DNA of 64,000 nucleotides from an archaeon (GTDB lineage Bacteria; Gemmatimonadota; Glassbacteria; GWA2-58-10): NCBI GenBank assembly GCA_035528795.1, contig DATKXY010000177.1, positions 2,634 to 66,633 of the forward strand, read 5' to 3'. Shown piece by piece: positions 57,727 to 64,000 of this stretch (position 1 is its first letter; each line of letters starts with the position of its first letter). The notes under the pieces were generated by a model. It saw only the letters and a program-made list of their open reading frames with translations, ran no database searches and was not told where the DNA came from. The position numbers and the translations under genes were made by a program.

Positions 57727-58928
57727 AAATTGCCTGCCTCCTTGGGTAATTCATAGGCGGAAAAATCAAGCTCGATAAGTTCTCCCATCCTCCGGGTCAA
57801 AAACTGGATGATTTTGTTCACAGTCTCATCGAAATCCACATTGTCCACGATCATAACACCATTTCTTTTGGCCCTGCAAATAAGCGCATCCTGGATCTTA
57901 CGGATGCTCTCAAAATGTTCGAGATACTTTTGTGATGAGCGAAGCCTGGTTTCCTGATCCCTGATATCAAAACGGTTGCGGTGCATCTCTTCCTGCAAGG
58001 TGATAATCAGGATCTGGAAAATGATAGCGTTCTCTGTGAACTCGGGTTTTATCTTCTCCGGGATCAGATGCACGCCTTCGATAATCATCGAGAAATTTTC
58101 CTTGATCGCCCGGCGCACAATGGCATTGACTCCGACAGTCACGCGCTGTGTCTGCTGCTGGAAAGCGCTCAGCACCGGGTCAATCCCTTCTTCCAACGGG
58201 TTTTCCAGGAGCTTCCACACCGAGTAGGATGATTCGTGAATCGAGGGCATAAGCTCATAGGAAAACATTCCCCGCATGATCTCGCGGATTGTGTCCGTAC
58301 CGATCACCCGGGAGATGCCCAGACGGTGGGCTATTTCGACAGTGAGCGAGGACTTGCCGGTGCCGGTTGCGCCGCCGAACAGCAGGATAAGCGGCCTGTC
58401 CGGCCTTTTCAGCGTGCGCCAGAGGAGATAATGTCTGGCGTAGGGCTTGCCGAAATCGGAAAGTATCCTCTGGTAGGTGAGCCTGCGCAGCTCATCCCTG
58501 GTGATCGTTTTGATACCCCTCTCAGAGAGATCGGCGGCCATTTTTTCCGTAACGCTGTGGGCAATGTCCGGGCTCAAGCCGGCAGCAAGAAGGCTCTGGG
58601 CCTGAATACCCCGCGAGAAAGGCTCCCGGCGTCCTTTTTGTCCGACATAAATCGTTTCCCCATCGATCTTCCATTTTTCATACTTTGCCGCAGCCTCTTT
58701 GCCGAACCGCTCTTTAATAATCTTCATCGCGATCTGCTTGAGCCTGCGGCGGCGAATCTCTTTGATCCCCTCGGCTAAAAGAGTCTTGCCGACCGTGCTG
58801 GCGACCTCGTAAGATTCTTCAGTGGAGAGGCCGGAACGGATGAGCGAACGAGCCATCAATCCCCTGGAGAAGGGGAAGCGAAAATCTTCTGAGATGACAA
58901 TGATTGTTTTTTGATCTCGTCCTGGCAT
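57723..58928 (-). CDS. ATP-cone domain P-loop kinase, 2-phosphoglycerate kinase family
   Basis: Two ATP-cone-like segments (PFSRGLMARSL, PFSRGIQAQSL). P-loop LLFGGATGTGKSSL. 4-bp overlap with gpmI. Confidence 0.65.
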   Translation of the reverse strand: MPGRDQKTIIVISEDFRFPFSRGLMARSLIRSGLSTEESYEVASTVGKTLLAEGIKEIRRRRLKQIAMKIIKERFGKEAAAKYEKWKIDGETIYVGQKGRREPFSRGIQAQSLLAAGLSPDIAHSVTEKMAADLSERGIKTITRDELRRLTYQRILSDFGKPYARHYLLWRTLKRPDRPLILLFGGATGTGKSSLTVEIAHRLGISRVIGTDTIREIMRGMFSYELMPSIHESSYSVWKLLENPLEEGIDPVLSAFQQQTQRVTVGVNAIVRRAIKENFSMIIEGVHLIPEKIKPEFTENAIIFQILIITLQEEMHRNRFDIRDQETRLRSSQKYLEHFESIRKIQDALICRAKRNGVMIVDNVDFDETVNKIIQFLTRRMGELIELDFSAYELPKEAGNL

Positions 58929-58933
58929 GGCAG

Positions 58934-59425
58934 CTATTTCTTGACCTTCAAATCATCCAGTCCGGATAACAACTTGCAGGCGTCCAGGCTGGAGATTATT
59001 CCGACAGGCTTATTATCCCGCACAACCGGAATACGGTGGATTTTACGGTCGACCATGATCTTGAACACATCCTGTACATCATCATCTTCCAAGGCCGTAA
59101 TCACATTGGGGGTCATCACGCCCTCGATCCAGTTGAACTTTCCCTTGTTTTCCTGCTGCTCCTCGATACTCACATGTACGCGGATCAGATGGTCGATTGC
59201 CCGGATAACATCTTTGGAAGAGACTATCCCGATCAACTTGCCATCATCGTCTACTACAGGGGCCCCGGTGATCTTATGCTTATCCAAAAGCTTCACCAGC
59301 TTGCGGATCGACAGATCCTTTTTCACCGCGAGCACGTTACGGGTCATGAGTTCCTTGACTTTCATAGAAACTCCCGGCTGAGGATAAATATTAATATAAC
59401 AACAGTGAAGGTTCCTTTTATGCAT
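58934..59425 (-). CDS. CBS-domain pair protein
   Basis: Two CBS motifs (VKELMTRNVLAV...ITGAPVVDDDGKLIGIVSSKDV, and VMTPNVITALEDD...HRIPVVRDNKPVGIISSLD). Confidence 0.8.
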   Translation of the reverse strand: MHKRNLHCCYINIYPQPGVSMKVKELMTRNVLAVKKDLSIRKLVKLLDKHKITGAPVVDDDGKLIGIVSSKDVIRAIDHLIRVHVSIEEQQENKGKFNWIEGVMTPNVITALEDDDVQDVFKIMVDRKIHRIPVVRDNKPVGIISSLDACKLLSGLDDLKVKK

Positions 59426-60440
59426 GAACGACCGATCAGGCTCAAGGAGAAAGCTCTGGATAAAGCCTTATGCTATTGTCAGACAATGGCCTGGAAGAAC
59501 GATCGGTCGAATAAGAAGAGAAAATTAATGTATTTCATTTTACGCCCGGCGAAAACCTTTGTCAAGTTGATCTGAGGAGAAAAATTTCAATGGAAGCGGC
59601 TATTTCTTTTAATTCAAGCATTTTAACGCTCCCCGCCGTGTCCTTTGGCTTTAATAAATCGTTTCGTTTTAACCGGATTTTTAGATCTGGAGATGGAAAA
59701 TCTCCTTTAAACCGTTAAAATTTGTTAAAAATAGCCGTTTATCCGGAGTGTTTTATAGTCATCTTTACTTTTCCTTAATTTCCGCCTGATTGTGAAGCAA
59801 AGGAGCAGCCCTCCGGCTGACAGCTCGCTCTGTCCGGCCTGTAAAGGACTTTAACCGCCAAGGGGGGTGCGTTCTGATGGGACGCACTAACAAAAGAGGG
59901 GCGGATCAATAATCCGTATATCATTATTTCTAATTTCATCTTTATTATCAGATTTGTCAAAGGCTTGGCCGGTTTTGGCTGAACCATTTATTTTTTAATG
60001 AGCAGATTTGTCCAAACATAGTCCAAACTTTTTAGTTTTCAATGGCCGTTTTTTTGCATAAAAAAGGTTTTTCGGTGGAGATAAAAAAAGCGGATGTGGT
60101 TTTCGATTTCCACACCCGCCTTTATACCGGTGGAGGAGTATTACTTGCCTAACAAGAAAAACCTGTTGGTCTGCTTGCGCCTTGAATACTCCTGCCTATT
60201 CTGACCATATCGGTAACATTACCGCCTTGCCTAATCCCCGGCTATCTTGCAATCCAAATGCAATATTGCACTGCTCAACATATCAACCACATGACTCATT
60301 ATCGATCAGTCCAGGCGCTTACTTGCCTTAATCGGCCCCTTGCCCTGCCCAGGCCCGGATCGGCTACTAGGCGCAAACCGCACGAATTCGCCGGCAAACT
60401 AAGCCTAAAACGCCCGACCAGGACAGACCCAGAGGAAGGA

Positions 60441-60513
60441 GGGGATCAGGTGGCTCGGCCCGCTTGGCCTGTCAAGCCGGAGGTCGCGAGTTCAAGTTTC
60501 GTTCGCCCCGTCC
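60441..60513 (+). other. tRNA-Asp(GTC)-like pseudogene / 3' fragment. Not an intact tRNA.
   Basis: 3' portion gaggtcgcgagttcaagtttcgttcgccccg closely resembles a bacterial tRNA-Asp T-arm and acceptor. Anticodon-arm-like ttggcCTGTCAAgccgg. Only 4 of 7 acceptor pairs, and the D-arm does not fold. Confidence 0.35.
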
Positions 60514-60806
60514 AAATCTCTCTACTGTCTCTATTTAGCCTAACAAACACCCCTGAATAACCGTGAGATTTCACGTCTGAAGAACGATCTTGGCTTGGGT
60601 AGGGTCTAATATCCTTATTTAAATATCGTTGGGCAGAAGTGATTTTTACAATTGATACTTAAAACAGGTAAAGATCTCTTGGCAAATAGCAATGTGAGAA
60701 GTGGAATAATGGTTTGATTCATCAGGTGTGGTGCGTAAAAAAGTAGTAGATAAGACTTGATCTGAGGGTTAGTTATAATCGGCGTTTATGGTCAGCATGA
60801 GAAAAT

Positions 60807-60847
60807 TAAAAAAGGCCGCCCCCCCCCGCAGATGCAGGGGAACGGCC
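60807..60847 (-). terminator. Rho-independent terminator about 150 bp downstream of the 60997 gene
   Basis: On the minus strand, ggccgttcccctgcatctgcgggggggggcggcc followed by tttttt. Confidence 0.5.
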
Positions 60848-60996
60848 TGGAGTGCCGGCCAGCAATTTATTTTAAGCCAGAACAACAGCGATAAAAGAAA
60901 AATAGACGATCAAGGCGATGGTGGCATTAATCCGAGATTAAGTTTCTAATAATAAATGTCATTACGATGAATACTAAGGATGGTATTTGCAACAAT

Positions 60997-62613
60997 CTAT
61001 TTCAGCAGGATCATCTTCCTAGTCTCAACATACCCGCCGGCTTTAAGACGGTAGAGGTAAATTCCGCTCGGCAGTGCTCGGCTTTCGGCGTCTGTCCCGT
61101 CCCAAAATAAGCAGTGTTCACCAGGTTCTCCGTCTCCCCTTACCAGCGTCCTAACCAGCCTGCCCCGGAGATCATAGACCGATAGATTTACCAGCAGTCT
61201 TTCTCCATCTGGTATGGAATAGGTGATCATAGTGGATGGATTGAATGGGTTGGGACAATTCTGCTCCAGAGAGAAAATTTTCGGCAAGCTCGCTCTGTCC
61301 TTTCCCAGCATGGCATCGAACTGAATCTTGACTTCCGGTGAAAGCTGCATTTGCGACAGCATTAGACGAAGATAATCCGACTCATCAGCAGATATTTCAA
61401 GCGCCGGTATATTTTTACTCTCTCCGGCACTAGCCAGCATCATAATCCCGCTCAATCTGTTTTTCAGAAGTATTTCATCTAGCATCATCACGGCATCGGC
61501 AACTGTGAATTTTCCATCACCATTCCAATCCAGTCTCGGGTCGCCGGGATTATTACGCGCCATCAGCAACAAGGATATAACATCCATGATGTTGAGCTTG
61601 CCATCGTTATTGGCATCTAAATATGGCTCCTGCTTTATAACTACCCGGAAAGAGTAAGGAGCGGTCTGGTAATCTGCTGGCACTTTTGATACATTCCCTA
61701 TAGTGTCCGCGGCCTCGATATAATACTCGATTGTCGTGCCTGTCGGCTGGCCAGGGATTGGGCCGGAGAAATATTCTCCGCTCACAGTCATCACGACCAT
61801 GTCGTAAGTCTGGGTTCCGCTCCTGCGGTAATTGAGCAGAACCTGTGAGAGTATTGGATCCTCCACCCGGACCTTGATGATGTATGGTCCCTGAGTGTCG
61901 TATGTGTAGCTGAATGCCTCCAAGCCGTAGATTACCGGCGGGATCGAATCTATCTCCACTTTTTTGATCAGCAGGCTTGCCGGGGAAATATCCACAAGGT
62001 TGGAAATATTCTGGAAGGTCCGTGCGGTGTTAATCGACAGCAATTTGAGTTCAAAAGAACACCGGGCGGAATCCTCGATTTCCCGGCCCTGGAATGTTAC
62101 GTTCAGCAAATCAATGCGTCCTGTATCGCCCTCTGCTGCAACCTCGCTGAAAACGAGTTGTCCCTGTTCCACTAGCTTGTCGTTGACTTGGGGCTTAGTA
62201 AACCTTCCAACCTTTGACGCCGAGTATCCAGTATAACTTATTGACGTGGTATCCCAGGTCATCAGGCAGGCATATCCACCCACTGATAATCCGGTGCCTC
62301 TCAAGTCAAGAATACATTGTATGGACACACTATCTTTGGGCTGGATTGACTTTTTATCTGGCTGAAGGTACAGAGGGATTCTAACCAGAGGGGACGTTTC
62401 GGCGACCACCGCCGGGAATACAATGCTCTCGGTGATCGATCCGGCTAAGGAAACAGACGCCCATGGCAGACCGACAAAAGATTCTGCCTGCAGCCCACTG
62501 CCGGCCACTCTGCCGGACATACTGCCCACAGACTGTTCAGCAAGCCTCGTAGCGCCTTGCACTATCGATGACGTAAGCGCTGTGAATAAGATTATAATGA
62601 CTCTGGTTTTCAC
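60997..62613 (-). CDS. Secreted multi-domain protein: cohesin-like beta-sandwich, Ig-like domain, dockerin-like module, T9SS/Por C-terminal sorting domain
   Basis: Signal peptide. Dockerin-like DANNDGKLNIMDVISLL...DWNGDGKFTVADAVMML. CTD NCPNPFNPSTMITYSIP...LSVYDLRGRLVRTL...GIYLYRLKAGGYVETRKMILLK. Confidence 0.6.
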   Translation of the reverse strand: MKTRVIIILFTALTSSIVQGATRLAEQSVGSMSGRVAGSGLQAESFVGLPWASVSLAGSITESIVFPAVVAETSPLVRIPLYLQPDKKSIQPKDSVSIQCILDLRGTGLSVGGYACLMTWDTTSISYTGYSASKVGRFTKPQVNDKLVEQGQLVFSEVAAEGDTGRIDLLNVTFQGREIEDSARCSFELKLLSINTARTFQNISNLVDISPASLLIKKVEIDSIPPVIYGLEAFSYTYDTQGPYIIKVRVEDPILSQVLLNYRRSGTQTYDMVVMTVSGEYFSGPIPGQPTGTTIEYYIEAADTIGNVSKVPADYQTAPYSFRVVIKQEPYLDANNDGKLNIMDVISLLLMARNNPGDPRLDWNGDGKFTVADAVMMLDEILLKNRLSGIMMLASAGESKNIPALEISADESDYLRLMLSQMQLSPEVKIQFDAMLGKDRASLPKIFSLEQNCPNPFNPSTMITYSIPDGERLLVNLSVYDLRGRLVRTLVRGDGEPGEHCLFWDGTDAESRALPSGIYLYRLKAGGYVETRKMILLK

Positions 62614-63980
62614 TGCCTCTGCGCCTTCTCTTTAAGCCTTTCTTTATACTCCATGACCTGCTTTATCCGTTGCTCCATTTTATCAGGACTAATCGAAGCG
62701 GGTGACGCCATCTGGGGTCGTTTAGGTATTTCTTGAGTTGAGGAAAGCGAAGTCCCCTGATGCTGCTCCATTTCTTTCTTTTTTTCCTCCATCTTTTCTT
62801 CCAGTACCTGTTGCCTGGCTAATACTTCCAGCATCTGTTTTTCCTGTTCCGTTTCATCGATTATTTCCATGCCGACATTATTCCCTGCCCCGGCGAGCAG
62901 TGTTTTTTCGGTCGAGGAGCCTTTCTGCACGGCCCGAACCATCCAGTCGAACGAGGCGTTGCTGGTTCCGTTCATCAGCTCTTTGACCCTGAAGCCGGAA
63001 GGAGTTTTCTCCACGCAACAGATACCATTGCACATATCGGTCGGAGTGATCAACACTCTATATTCTTCTGCCAGCGAGATACAGTCCTGCCAGGTTTGCG
63101 CGAAAGACACCTGCGCCTCGCCACTAGAAAGCCTGGCAGAGCCTGAAAAGCTGAATTCCGCCTGTGGGGAGGAAATAGTATGAGCCCGTGCTGTACCGGC
63201 ACTGGTAAGCATAGTGGAGGATACGCCTCCAGAAATATAAGCTCTTCCCCAAACCAGCAATCCAGGATTATCTTTTAAGGCATCTTTGGATGAAGCCCAT
63301 AAAGCATAACCAGATGAAGAATTAGTACTAAACCCGCCACCAGAGCCACCTGTTGAATATCCATATAATGCTGTAGCTTTACCATTGGATTTAGCCCAAA
63401 TTGTGGGATAATCATCTGAATTATTACTTATATTTACAGTATTGGAATTCGCTGTTTCAGCCCAAATTGCAACACCATTACCTTCACTCTTTGCATAAAT
63501 GACACCTGAACTACCCTTATTTCCACCCCATATTGTTGGATAAGTATTTGAGTTATTTCTCGCAACAATGCTATTTTCATCACTCGTTTGTGTTGTAATT
63601 CGGCCCTCCGAATAAATTCCACCTCCATTGCCGGTGTTGATTGCATAAAGAGCAGCATATTCATCAGAATCGGTTCGTGCTTGTATGCCGCTAGAGCTTT
63701 TTGAATAACCATAAACTCCTAAACCAGTCCCATCGTTTCTAGCATCTACTGTGGCATTTTCCCCATTATTATTTGCATAAAAGCAGGACCCACTACCTTC
63801 ATTTGTTGTATAAATAGTTGGATATTTACTTTCATTGTATACTTTGATCACATTGCCATCACCATTATTTGCTGCATAGATGGTAACAAATTGGGCTGAG
63901 TTATTTATTGCCCATAGGGCATTTCCACTTTCAGCGAACGAGTACATCCCATTGCCTTCACCCCAGTTGTATGCCACCAT
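62610..63980 (-). CDS. Periodic repeat protein (YadA-head/beta-roll-like ~12-aa repeats, then coiled-coil K/E-rich C-terminus). The N-terminus may extend beyond the window end.
   Basis: Repeats GVAIWAETANSNT, PTIWAKSNGKA, TALYGYSTGG, VIYAKSEGNG. 4-bp overlap with the downstream gene. The repeat-encoding part is low-GC. Confidence 0.45.
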   Translation of the reverse strand: MVAYNWGEGNGMYSFAESGNALWAINNSAQFVTIYAANNGDGNVIKVYNESKYPTIYTTNEGSGSCFYANNNGENATVDARNDGTGLGVYGYSKSSSGIQARTDSDEYAALYAINTGNGGGIYSEGRITTQTSDENSIVARNNSNTYPTIWGGNKGSSGVIYAKSEGNGVAIWAETANSNTVNISNNSDDYPTIWAKSNGKATALYGYSTGGSGGGFSTNSSSGYALWASSKDALKDNPGLLVWGRAYISGGVSSTMLTSAGTARAHTISSPQAEFSFSGSARLSSGEAQVSFAQTWQDCISLAEEYRVLITPTDMCNGICCVEKTPSGFRVKELMNGTSNASFDWMVRAVQKGSSTEKTLLAGAGNNVGMEIIDETEQEKQMLEVLARQQVLEEKMEEKKKEMEQHQGTSLSSTQEIPKRPQMASPASISPDKMEQRIKQVMEYKERLKEKAQRQ

Positions 63981-64000
63981 TGCAGGAGCTCCGGAGCCGC

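Noticed and set aside
60350-60520. tmRNA (ssrA) or SRP RNA in the long non-coding region
   Set aside because: There is a T-arm-like motif and a possible short tag frame (gca aac cgc acg aat tcg ccg gca aac taa). But no GGGG...TTCGAC 5' end was found, no acceptor-stem partner, the tag ending is atypical, and there is no SRP domain IV GGAA motif.
1-64000. CRISPR arrays, rRNA genes, intact tRNA genes
   Set aside because: No regularly spaced direct repeats with unique spacers were seen. No rRNA-like conserved blocks. All tRNA-like sequences found (34884..34935, 37216..37270, 60441..60513) lack foldable acceptor or D-arms.

Overview
This 64 kb window looks like an anaerobic, flagellated bacterium, probably FCB-group or candidate-phylum-like. 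Support: a T9SS/Por-type C-terminal sorting domain, dockerin-like modules, and amino-acid/short-chain fatty-acid fermentation genes. Most of the window is roughly 55-60% GC, broken by AT-rich segments. All gene coordinates below are the ORF-track values and include the stop codon.

The core part holds the following, in order:
- a secreted double beta-propeller protein and an S41 C-terminal processing protease (ctpA);
- a GAF-HisKA protein with no ATPase domain;
- a minus-strand flagellar export operon (fliP-fliQ-fliR-flhB-flhA-flhF, a small membrane ORF, then fliA), followed by an HDOD protein and an AMIN/TPR membrane protein;
- a plus-strand block: fused-domain aconitase, a class II fumarase/aspartase-family lyase, DAHP synthase, a corrinoid-dependent methyltransferase module (corrinoid protein, RACo-like reductive activase, methyl-THF:corrinoid methyltransferase), a TrmB regulator, and ptb-buk plus a four-subunit 2-oxoacid:ferredoxin oxidoreductase.

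From about 34.85 kb to 54.5 kb the window is a mosaic accessory region:
- a lower-GC ABC-F ATPase gene interrupted by one in-frame TAA, flanked by about 45 bp direct repeats that resemble the 3' half of a tRNA-Val;
- a low-GC SagB-like dehydrogenase plus a SAM methyltransferase;
- five tandem paralogous secreted heparinase II/III-like (polysaccharide-lyase-like) genes, one carrying a dockerin;
- a sharply AT-rich island of about 3.9 kb whose only gene encodes a 974-aa fusion of an N-terminal PHP phosphoesterase to an SMC/Rad50-like ABC ATPase with a long coiled coil. I rate this the most interesting locus in the window: a candidate single-gene nuclease-ATPase defence system.

Downstream are a cofactor-independent phosphoglycerate mutase paired with an ATP-cone 2-phosphoglycerate kinase, a CBS protein, a long non-coding stretch with a degraded tRNA-Asp-like sequence, and an operon for a cohesin-like/dockerin-like/T9SS-CTD protein plus a periodic beta-roll repeat protein. 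A multi-copy family of CCCCTAC-hairpin intergenic repeats is scattered through the window. I found no CRISPR array, no intact tRNA and no rRNA.
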